Source: Octopus bimaculoides (taxonomy: Eukaryota). Taken from it: DNA of 57,149 nucleotides. Of this stretch, positions 47,415 to 57,149 are shown piece by piece. The DNA lies in NCBI RefSeq assembly GCF_001194135.2, contig NC_068981.1, forward strand, positions 20,631,137-20,688,285. The letters are read 5' to 3'. Position 1 is the first letter of the stretch, and each line of letters opens with the position of its first letter. The translations under genes and the position numbers were made by a program. The notes under the pieces are model-generated. The model saw only the letters and a program-made list of their open reading frames with translations. It searched no databases and had not been told where the DNA came from.

Positions 47415-47960
47415 CAACATCATCATCGTTTAACATCCGTTTTCCATGCTGGCATGGGTTGGATGGTTTGACTGAGAACTGGTAAACCAGATGGCTACAC
47501 CAGGCTCCAATCTGATTTGGCAAGGTTTCTATGGCTGGATGCCCTTCCTAAGGCCAACCATTCCAAGAGTGTAGTGGGTGGTTTTTACGTGCCACTGACC
47601 TGACACCGGCATCAGCCATAACTGGGGTCTCACTTGGTTTGGCAGTTCAACACAAGCATGGTATATCACCATGAGGCCCAATGCTTGAATGGTGCTTTTA
47701 TGTGCTGCCGGCACAGGTGCCAGCCAGACAGCACAGGTGCCAGCCAGACAGCACTGGCATTGGCCAGAACTATGATTTCACTTGGTTCAAAAGGTCTTCA
47801 CAAGCACAGCATATCACCCAACAATTGAAGTGTGCTTTTAATGGACCACTTACGCAACACTGGCATCGGCCATGACTACGATCTCACTCGGCTTAACGTC
47901 ACTGCCTCCATGAGGCGCAACACACGAACAGTGCTTTTTATGTGCCATGAGTGTCAGTCA
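47415..47960 (-). mobile_element. RTE-type tail, opposite orientation, directly after the + copy
   Basis: catcatcatcgtttaacatccgttttccatgctggcatggg.. Confidence 0.9.
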
Positions 47961-48063
47961 GGCTGCTCTGGCCTTGGCTACAACTTATTATTTACAGAAA
48001 ATGCACATGTTTGTTTAAAAAACTATAAAATTATACTTCTTAAGTCTAACAGGAAAAAGTGAG

Positions 48064-48245
48064 TGGGTATGATGGTGTAATGGTTAGCACACTTACTGCA
48101 AATATAAGAGGTGTGAGTTCAAGTCCCATGTGTACAGAAAACCCGTTTTTTTCCATCATGGGCTTATATACTTCAATATTAGACTATTTTCTTTAGTCAA
48201 TACATGGTGATCGCTTATAAGCTTTAAGCTTATAAAATATTATTA
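48064..48245 (+). mobile_element. SINE with tRNA-Gln-like head
   Basis: TGGTGTAATGGTTAGCAC (tRNA-Gln-like D arm/A box), GAGTTCAAGTCC B box; body repeated at 46830-46930. Confidence 0.7.
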
Positions 48246-48269
48246 TTACTTAACAGTATATATATATCA

Positions 48270-48750
48270 TTCATCATCATTTAACGTCCGCTTTCCATGC
48301 TAACATGGGTTGGATGGTTTGACTGGGGACTGGTGTGCCAGATGGCTGCACCAGGCTCCAATCTGATCTGGCAGAGTTTCTACAGCTGGATGCCCTTCCT
48401 AACGCCAACCACTCCAAGAGTGTAGTGGGTGCTTTTACGTGGTACTGGCAGTGACCACGCTCAAATGGTGTTTCTACATGTCACCTGCACAGGAGCCAGT
48501 CCAGTGGCACTGGCAACACCTTCATTCGAATGTTGTTTTCCACATACCACTGGCACAAGTGCCAGTAAGGCGACGCTGGTAACGATCGTGCTCGAATGGT
48601 GCTTTTTATATACCACTGGTACAGGGGCCAGTCAGCGTCCCTGGCAGAGATCACGCTCGGATGGTGCTCTTAGCGCTCCACTAGCACGGATGCCAGTGAT
48701 GCAGTGCTATCATCGAATTTGATTTCGATTTCACTTGCCTCAACAGGTCT
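48270..48750 (-). mobile_element. RTE-type 3' UTR/tail
   Basis: catcatcatttaacgtccgctttccatgctaacatggg.. Confidence 0.9.
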
Positions 48751-49241
48751 TATATATATATGATGGACTCTCCTGTTGCAAACAACCTATACAGATGGTT
48801 TGTTTATAGTGACCAAATGTTTGTGCTGCACATTAGTTCATTCCCTGTATCCCCAATCAATATTGCCTATACAGGTGCACTGTCTGCCACTTTGAAGTGA
48901 TTGCAGAGCAATGTGAAATGAAGTGTTTTTGTTATAGAACTAAAACTACAATCTTGCTATCATGAATGCAGTACCCCTAGACCACACACTGGACTCTTAT
49001 ACAATTTTCCCTCTACCAAATTAGTTCACAAGCCATTGATCAACTCAGGTTATAATAGATGATACTTGCCCAAGGTGCCCCGCAATGGGACTGTACCTGA
49101 AATTACATGGTTGCAAAGTTAACCACATAGCCAAAACATGACATATATTTTCTTTTTATGTCTTGAGTTTTCTCAATTTGACTTCTTACTTCACTTTCGG
49201 ATCTTTATAGTCTGGATTATTTTTTTTCTTTCTTTCTACAG

Positions 49242-49378
49242 GTATACCTAAGAAAAATTCAGTATTCTGTTTCAGTCTTGATGCCTATTGTTTCACTCTG
49301 TATGGTAACCACATGAAGGTGAAAGCCAGTGAAAGAAGCCACCGGAAATTTAAAACTAAATCAACAATAGACCTATGA
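49242..49378 (+). CDS. POP4: POP4 terminal coding exon (CIPKKNSVF..KASERSHRKFKTKSTIDL*)
   Basis: ttctacag acceptor; matches human VIPKLNCVF..RSSERSAKKFKAKGTIDL; TGA 49376-49378. Confidence 0.98.
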
Positions 49379-49381
49379 GTA

Positions 49382-49387
49382 AATAAA
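49382..49387 (+). terminator. Candidate POP4 poly(A) signal
   Basis: AATAAA 3 nt after the stop, followed by long U-rich tracts. Confidence 0.5.
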
Positions 49388-50116
49388 TTTTTTTCCAACA
49401 TTTTTTTTTTTTTTTTTGAAACACCATTTTGGAACTTGAGATGGGAGGGTGTATTGATACCCTCTTGAATCCCATGTAACCAGCTTGCAAGATGATGGTT
49501 TCCTGATCTAGAAACTACTTCCAAGGGACACTTTACTGGATCTTTTTTTTTAACACCTTCTCTTCAGATCTACATATTCAATCCTTTATGCTTTTCTAAT
49601 ATATTAAATCAGTAACCCACTTTGCTAATTACTTTTTACACAATTTTAACTAAAGCCCCAAAACAACCACCTATATTGGGTTGCATTATCATTTAACATG
49701 TTGTCATGGTTTGACAGGAGCTGGCCAACCAGGGAGCTGTCTAGGCTCCAATTGTCTGCTTTGATATGGTTTCTGTGGCAGGGTGTCGTTCCTCACACCA
49801 ACCACTTTACAGAGTGCACTGGGTGCTTTATATATGGTGCCAGCACATGCTTTGTATGTGGCACCAGCCTTAAAACAACCACCTGTTTCTAACTCTGCAT
49901 ATACTCTGTAAAAAAATAGTTCTCGTTCTTAATAGTTTTTAACTCTAACACTGTTAAAAGCACAATTCATTTTTTGATGAAGTAGGGGTTAATGTAGTAT
50001 TTGTAACTGATAACTAGTATAACAAGTAGTTCTAATAATTAGGAGGGGATAGTATTTAAAGCAATATGGCTTATGTCAGTAAAATAAATACAACTCCAAA
50101 GTTGGAAACTTTACAC

Positions 50117-50122
50117 TTTATT
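50117..50122 (-). terminator. Candidate ATP9 poly(A) signal
   Basis: AATAAA on - strand ~490 nt after the stop. Confidence 0.35.
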
Positions 50123-50607
50123 TAATCAATAACTTATTTTTTAATAAGACATTTGAAATAATTTAAGAGTCCATTAAAAACAAACATTGTTGACATATTG
50201 CAGGCATTGCCACATCAAACTGGCAGAATTTTCTGGAAGAATAAGGATTTCATTAACATTTGAACATCTGAAGTGTTTCAGTGAAATATTTCAGATGAGA
50301 AGTCTGTATGGGAAGAAGCATCTGAGCGAAATACATAGAGAAGCTGCTCGATATGTCAGTATGGTCCTTTAAAACATGTCTAAGGTGAGATGGTAGCTGA
50401 TGATGGTGGATGAAATTAATATGAACAAGAGAGGTGGTAGACAAGCAAAAATTGTCCTTCTGAAAATATCATTCAAGATGTTACAAGAAGTCTCCTTGCC
50501 TCTCTGCAATTAACATTGAACCATACTAAAAAAAAAAAAAAACTTGAATTCAGCAAGTAGTTGTTTGTTTTTTGTTATTAAATATTTGCTATAGCTGTGT
50601 TAAACTG

Positions 50608-50744
50608 TTAGGGTGTCAACTTTGAATAAACTGTTGGTGAGAACTTTTTACGTATGTATTTCAGAATGTACAAAGGAATACAGCTGATGGAAGTGATCAC
50701 AACTACCTTCCACATGAAGCTTCCTGTCTTTAGAAAAGACTCGT
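50608..50744 (-). CDS. ATP9B: ATP9A/B terminal exon ([45 protein letters not shown])
   Basis: tttgtag acceptor, phase 1; matches ATP9 C-terminus FLWKV..ITVVSCLPLYVLKYLRRK.SPPSY.KL. Confidence 0.97.
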
Positions 50745-51596
50745 CTACAAAAGAAAAATAAGTTTGAGGTTATACAACAAAAACTGCAATAATGGAACAG
50801 TTGGAGAATTTATCAATGTAGAGTGTGGGAAGGGTTTTTAGAACATTTACTTATCAGTATTTAACTCTTTTCAAAGCAATTAAATGATTTTCATTTCTTT
50901 CAGATCCCGCGTGGTAAATAAAATGAAAAGGACATGCAGTCAGCGTTGTCATGTGTGTGGAACACAGCAATTTTAGAAAGATCTTTTGTATACAAAGCTG
51001 AGAGCCTTTAGTGAGAGTATTTCAATTGCAATAAAGAGACAAGAAAATATTCAAAATATGCAGGTACTATATAGATACAGCAATTCATCCAATAGGTTCA
51101 AAACATTGATGCTGATCCAAGAAAAATCAATGAGAGCCATCATCAGAGAACTTCAAAGAGTGAACTATCAGAACTGTGATGCTTGAAAACATGTACTGAG
51201 GAACAGTACATCCTCACAATACTATAGCTTCACTAGAGACAACCATTGTCCAGGTGATGTCTAAAATGAAGAATGACCATTTAGTGTAAACAAGCCAAAT
51301 ACTGAAGTAGAAGGCATATTCATAAACTAGTCTTTTAAGAAAGCTTATCAAGAATGTGTACAAATTTTTATTAAAACATTGGGTCACCCCATGAATGTGG
51401 TTTTTTATACTTTCATTTTTCAAAAATTTTTGCTAGGTAAGTGTTGTTTTATTAAATTACTAAATATATCTTCAAATGCCTTTCAATCTTGTATTTTAAT
51501 GATAAGCAAAGAAACCAAAATATCTCTAAATTCCATGTTAGTGAAATAACACTGTAAAAGTTGACAAAAAAAATAAAGTGCCTTTCTTTAACTTAC

Positions 51597-51800
51597 CAAA
51601 GAAGTCTTTGAAGACAAAAAGTGAAATAACATAAATGCCAAGACTGAGAAACTCTGCCACTATCATCAACCAGTGCCACATTTGAACAGTTAATGCCACC
51701 ATTAGCAGTTCAGTAAGGATAAGTGATGTAAATGTTATGGCTACAACATGGATAAATTCCTCTTCGAACAGCAGTAGGGCTCCATACATGATGGTACCTC
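51597..51800 (-). CDS. ATP9B: ATP9A/B exon ([40 protein letters not shown])
   Basis: Transmembrane region near-identical to ATP9A/B; ctag acceptor, G|gtaagt donor. Confidence 0.98.
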
Positions 51801-52999
51801 CTAGAATAGAAAACAGTTCAACATTTAGAAATATTTCTGAGTCATCTTTTTTTCTTTATTATGTCCACTTTTTATATGTTCACATAGGTTTGACAACAAG
51901 AGTTGTTGAGGCAGTAAGTGATGGCCAAATGCTCTTTTCATCACCAACTTTTTTTCAAATTTCAACACAAACCCAGCAAGTTAGAGGGAGGGATAAATCA
52001 ATTACATCGAACGGGTACTTATTTTATCAACCTCGAAAGGATTAAAGGCAAAGTCAGTCTCAGCAGAATTTGAACTCAGAATCTAAAACAGACAAAATAC
52101 TGCTAAATATTTTGCCCGGCGTATTAACAATTCTGCTAGCTCACTGCATTAAAAGGTAAGTTGCATCGGCCAATTTTTATGAAATAAAGTATTTTTATTC
52201 CACTGGTCTTCACGTCTGACAAAACCACAGAGGTTTATACAGATTGAAAATATATATATATATATTGTTTACAAGAGATGTAGACACCATCACCTTTTTC
52301 ACTCATGATGACAATGTGAAAATTGACGTTTGCCCAAAGTGTTATACTGGGGGATGGAACTCAAAACCATGTTGCTGCAAAGCAAACTCCTTAACCACAC
52401 AGCCAGTAAACAAAAGAGTGTGAATTACAAAAACTATTCCCCAGAACAGCAGACCTGACTAGTGTAAACTGGTAAAACAGAAACTGTCATGTAGAGTACA
52501 AGTATTGAAGTTCTATCAGTGACCGATTTCAGCTAAATCTGGTGTTGACTATAGATTCAGGAGAAACCATGCAAGGAAAAAGTGGTGCATTTGCTTCCTA
52601 CTATAAAGTCAAAGAAATCATGGAAATGGAATGGCAACTTTAATGAGAGTATGGATAGAAGAGTAGGTTTGTGGGCCGGTAGATTTTTTTAATGCACAGA
52701 GGGGTAAATGGGTGGACTATAGAAAGTGATGGAGGTGTCAAAAGAAAATCAAAGTATCTAGGACAGTGGAGCCTATTAGTAAGTGTTGATTTATGGAATG
52801 AAAATTCATGGCTGATTCCAGTGAACAGGGCTTCGATACAACCAATGAAGAGGTTGGTGTAATTAATGCCCATCTTGGTATCCATGGTATCATTAGTGGT
52901 TTACTGATAGAACAATTAACACGCGAAAATGAAATAGTACAAAGTCTACGTGTGTTTCAATGTCATTTAATTATAAATAGATTATAAAACTGAACTAAC

Positions 53000-53057
53000 C
53001 TTGGTAAATACTTATTAAAACCCACAGGAAAAATGTTTTAAATGATAAGGACCGGCC
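53000..53057 (-). CDS. ATP9B: ATP9A/B exon (GRSLSFKTFFLWVLISIYQ)
   Basis: ttttcag acceptor, G|gttagt donor; phases match both neighbours. Confidence 0.97.
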
Positions 53058-53272
53058 CTGAAAATATTAAAAAAAACTGTGTATCAGTTCACATTTTGTT
53101 AAATAAAAGTTAGAGAAGTTCAACCAATAGCTTAAGCAAAGATCAGCCTTATTAACATTGTAACAAAAGGAAAGAGTTAACTATAATTTGGACTATGAGG
53201 AAATAAATAAGTTATAAAGACAGACCTTCAAAAGGTTAAATTAATTTTGGAAAAGTAAAGGAGTCAGATTAC

Positions 53273-53381
53273 CTTTGTTAATTCTTTATATAACTCTGGA
53301 TATGTCATGGCAATGCCTGCAGAGACATCTTTGTCAAGCACGAGAGAAAACACTGGAAACATTGTGAACACTGTAGCATAT
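53273..53381 (-). CDS. ATP9B: ATP9A/B exon ([36 protein letters not shown])
   Basis: ctctcag acceptor, AAG|gtaatc donor; P4-ATPase YPELY motif. Confidence 0.98.
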
Positions 53382-54156
53382 CTGAGAGAAGAAAAATAAT
53401 TGAGTGAGGAGATTAATCAATAGAAAAAAAGATGCGAACTCAGAAGGAGCTGAAAGATGTCATCACAACAGAACTCTCCCACACAGCAAACATGATTTGT
53501 TAAATAAAATGAAATAGAAGTTATTACTGATTTTGTTAATGCAATCAGTGATTAGAATGATGTATAACAAAAATTATTCATCTTGAATTGGGTAATTGAT
53601 GTGGAATTGTGAGTATTGCATATAGTTGGGAGTTTGATGTAGCTCGAGGGAGAGTAATGATGCTTTCAACCTCCACTGAATGAGTCAATCTCCAGTAGAG
53701 TGGAGAAAGACCAACCTTCGGTATAAAAGCTTGATGGTTACTACAACAACAACATGGTGAAATCTCTCCAACAACTCAGATTTTTATGGAACTCAAAGAA
53801 ATTTAATTAATTTATAAATATGCTGAAATTTAACCGATTCACTAATCTACCTAAATAATATACTTCTATTCTAAGGGACATTCTCTGAATGTTTTTCCTT
53901 AAGATTCAATAAATTTCCTGTGTATTTTAAATAATTTGATCAGAAATAATTCAAAAATGTTCAATAAAATTGAAAGACTTAAAAAATTTTACTTGTTTTC
54001 GTGTACAAAATGAGATGTTATTAGCACAAAAATGCAGAGGATCTGTAAAGACTGGAAAGTAATGAGGTGAGCATGTTCTGCTAGATATATTGTCACTATG
54101 CATAAAATATTGAAGTCTTCAACATTAGAAATATGGTAGAAATAAACTCAACTCAC

Positions 54157-54288
54157 CCAACCATGAGGAATCCAGGAAACAAAGACACAGAGGCAAAATA
54201 AAAGACTGAGCAGAAGACAGCCTGCATGGCTGTAATGATGAGACCACGATGGATAACAAATTGGGCCAAAGCTGCTGATCTTTTGTAG
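54157..54288 (-). CDS. ATP9B: ATP9A/B exon ([43 protein letters not shown])
   Basis: atttcag acceptor, GG|gtgagt donor. Confidence 0.98.
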
Positions 54289-54757
54289 CTGAAATCATCA
54301 TAGAAACATTAAGCAAAAATTACTGAGTACTTTATTAGAATCTAATTCCTTGAAACATTTTTACAGCAATACTTCTAGATGCTTATGTAAATCTGAACAT
54401 CGATGAATTTTTAATATATCTCATAACACTAAGTTTTTAGTATGAAGTGAAAGTGATACCACCTATGTTAGTCAACTTGACTAAAAACACATCTTCCGTG
54501 ATAAACTCATAATTGCTAGTTAGGGATAATTATGTAAGAGTTATCATAAAATGAAACTAACTTAAATATGAAAATACTTTAACAAATAAATTTAGAATGA
54601 CTAGAAAACTATTGAATTTCTCCTCAAAATCTGAATTTCTATTTTTAAAAAATTGATGAGCAGTTGTAGCTTCAAACTTCTAAAAATATTAATAAGGTCA
54701 GCTGAAATAGAATATAAAATGTGGAGAATAAAAGTTAAAGAACAAGGTAAAACTCAC

Positions 54758-54846
54758 CTGTTCCTACCATGAACCATGAGAAGATGGCCAATATAACTGA
54801 ACTGATTTATTGAAAAGTCTGCTGCAAGAGCTGCCTGCTTGCCTTC
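54758..54846 (-). CDS. ATP9B: ATP9A/B exon ([29 protein letters not shown])
   Basis: Conserved EGKQA..AADFSI.QF..LL.VHGR; ttcag acceptor, AG|gtgagt donor. Confidence 0.98.
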
Positions 54847-55200
54847 CTGAAAAGTAAAAACATTCCACAGTATATCATACTTGCTAAAAATGTTATGTTC
54901 ATTCAAAGTTATCAGATAATCTCTGGCAAGAAGATAAAGAGCACAAGAAACTTGTTCGCAGTAAGTAATACTCGTTAATATGAGTGAGTAATAATTTGAG
55001 TTTCTCTGTCGAAGATTGTAAAATATACATATTATGCTCAGAGCTATGCCTACCCAAAAAATGAAAACATAATTCTTAAAAATCTTGAACCAAATCTCAA
55101 TTTTTTTTTTTTTTTTTTTTCTTCCAGACCGACCATTCCATTCTCCACAAAATAAGATTCTGAATTAAGATCCTTTTTCAGCATTTGAAAATTATAAACT

Positions 55201-55725
55201 NNNNNNNNNNNNNNNNNNNNNNNNNNNNNNNNNNNNNNNNNNNNNNNNNNNNNNNNNNNNNNNNNNNNNNNNNNNNNNNNNNNNNNNNNNNNNNNNNNNN
55301 NNNNNNNNNNNNNNNNNNNNNNNNNNNNNNNNNNNNNNNNNNNNNNNNNNNNNNNNNNNNNNNNNNNNNNNNNNNNNNNNNNNNNNNNNNNNNNNNNNNN
55401 NNNNNNNNNNNNNNNNNNNNNNNNNNNNNNNNNNNNNNNNNNNNNNNNNNNNNNNNNNNNNNNNNNNNNNNNNNNNNNNNNNNNNNNNNNNNNNNNNNNN
55501 NNNNNNNNNNNNNNNNNNNNNNNNNNNNNNNNNNNNNNNNNNNNNNNNNNNNNNNNNNNNNNNNNNNNNNNNNNNNNNNNNNNNNNNNNNNNNNNNNNNN
55601 NNNNNNNNNNNNNNNNNNNNNNNNNNNNNNNNNNNNNNNNNNNNNNNNNNNNNNNNNNNNNNNNNNNNNNNNNNNNNNNNNNNNNNNNNNNNNNNNNNNN
55701 NNNNNNNNNNNNNNNNNNNNNNNNN
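55201..55725. other. Assembly gap predicted to contain one ATP9 exon
   Basis: Flanking exons end at ..AV-G and resume at EGKQ..; the invariant DGGND..EGK segment is absent from the sequenced flanks. Confidence 0.85.
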
Positions 55726-55901
55726 CATAATTAGAAACAATTTTAGAATACAAAAAAGAAAGATTCTCTAAAGTTTAAAATCAAATAAACCAATCAAGCA
55801 CGTGACTTTTTTTCTAATACTATTTTGGTGCCATCCCAGAGCACAACAAAATGTGAACAAGAAAAGCTTGAAGGAAGAAAATAAAAGATAATGAAACGTA
55901 C

Positions 55902-56046
55902 CAACAGCACACACTATTTTTCCAATGTGGAGTTTCAGTAATTTCACGATATCAGCTTTCTGAGTTGGTGAACATCGACAGACTACAACACAGGGACATT
56001 GGCAAGAAAGTTCCACAAATTCATGTTCATAATAACGTAAGCAAAC
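55902..56046 (-). CDS. ATP9B: ATP9A/B exon ([48 protein letters not shown])
   Basis: P-domain CRCSPTQK motif; catccag acceptor, G|gtacgt donor. Confidence 0.98.
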
Positions 56047-56472
56047 CTGGATGAAAAAGAAAAATCACACAATTTGTTGAAATATTCACCTTAAAAATTC
56101 AATAAATTTTAACTAAAACTCCTCTTCGTTTACTTGTCTTATTACAGAGAAATGTTTTTTCAAAGATTTCCAAATTAAGATGTCTACATGACTTGTTGAA
56201 GTAGATTTTACAATTGCATGGCTTTCCTTACACTAATTAGATCTAATTCATCTACATACAATAAGCCAGTAACTCACAAGCTGACAAATATCAACCTTCA
56301 CCTATCAAAATAAGAAGGAAATCTTTCGCTCCACTTCTTTATGAATGAGAAGACAAAATAGGAAAAAGGGTCTGAAATGATTATGCCATTAAAAAAGGAA
56401 TCATTTCAAATTATGGTGATTAAGATTTATCATCTTTAAATTACTCTATACAAAGTGAAAAAGATGCCAGAC

Positions 56473-56661
56473 CTGGACGGAGTCTCCACTGATGATAAGA
56501 GCAGAATCGTTCTTTCGTCGAAGGGCATTCAATTCAAGATGAGCCTCATCTCTTGTATCAACCCTTCTAAAGGTATGGATGTCCATGTTACGTGATACCA
56601 GTTTGGAACTCTTAGCAATACAAGTGGCTGTTTCTAATTTGTCTCCAGTTAGCATCCAAGT
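56473..56661 (-). CDS. ATP9B: ATP9A/B exon ([34 protein letters not shown])
   Basis: P-type ATPase WMLTGDK motif; tttgcag acceptor, CAG|gt donor; upstream exons lie beyond the window. Confidence 0.98.
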
Positions 56662-57149
56662 CTGCAAAGTAAAAGACATTTGAAAGAAAACTCAATTGTA
56701 GCCTGTTAATAATTAGGCAAAATATCTTGTGAAACAGAAAATAACTGACTGAATAATCATGAGTGATTAAATCTATAACAAAACTTTATTTAAATATTAA
56801 AATAATATATTTATATTGACATACTACGACGAAATCTCCAAGATAAGATAGAGATTTTTATTTATTTACAGCCTCAAACATCTCATACCTTCGCGTTTTA
56901 GTTTGCCCTCTATTATTTATCTTGTTTCTCTCCATGAAATTCAATTGAATTCAGTTGTTGTCTTAAATTCATACTTATTCATTTTCTAAGCTTCCTAAAT
57001 TCATGCTACGTTATATTCTATTCACCTAGAATTCATTGCTCTTTTAAAAATTACGATTTATGCATTGTTGTCTCTCAAATATTTAAAATCTACAATTAAG
57101 AGCCCTATCTACTCGCTGTCGGTACCTACCCACCCCTACCCATTTTCCT

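Noticed and set aside
4704-55753. Long ORFs spanning N runs (e.g. 4704-5687, 12986-14023, 32868-33890, 42242-43351, 55178-55753)
   Set aside because: They are open only because N codons contain no stops; flanks are microsatellites or repeats.

Overview
AT-rich, repeat-dense metazoan genomic DNA with 11 N-gaps; the SINE/RTE landscape is most consistent with an octopus (inference). Two intron-containing genes were rebuilt by eye from GT-AG boundaries and phase matching. POP4/RPP29 (RNase P/MRP subunit) is on the + strand: 6 coding exons, 38064-49378, 227 aa. Convergent with it is the 3' part of a P4-ATPase flippase ATP9A/B on the - strand: 8 visible exons, 56661 down to 50608; the GDGGND exon is not visible and must lie in the 55201-55725 gap. 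The first ~37 kb is mostly transposon debris: RTE LINE fragments and tails, several tRNA-derived SINE families, an I/Jockey-like LINE relic, an R4/Dong-like fragment in (TACA)n, a Tc1 relic and MITEs. The most striking signal is a set of Penelope-type hammerhead ribozyme motifs. At four loci (3153, 3591, 19463, 39681) a hammerhead-bearing unit is preceded by an inverted copy of its own 3' end. The clearest case is a tRNA-headed, (AAT)n-containing, hammerhead-tailed SINE-like element forming a ~540-bp palindrome with a 12-bp target-site duplication. No homology searches or folding programs were run; repeat boundaries are approximate.
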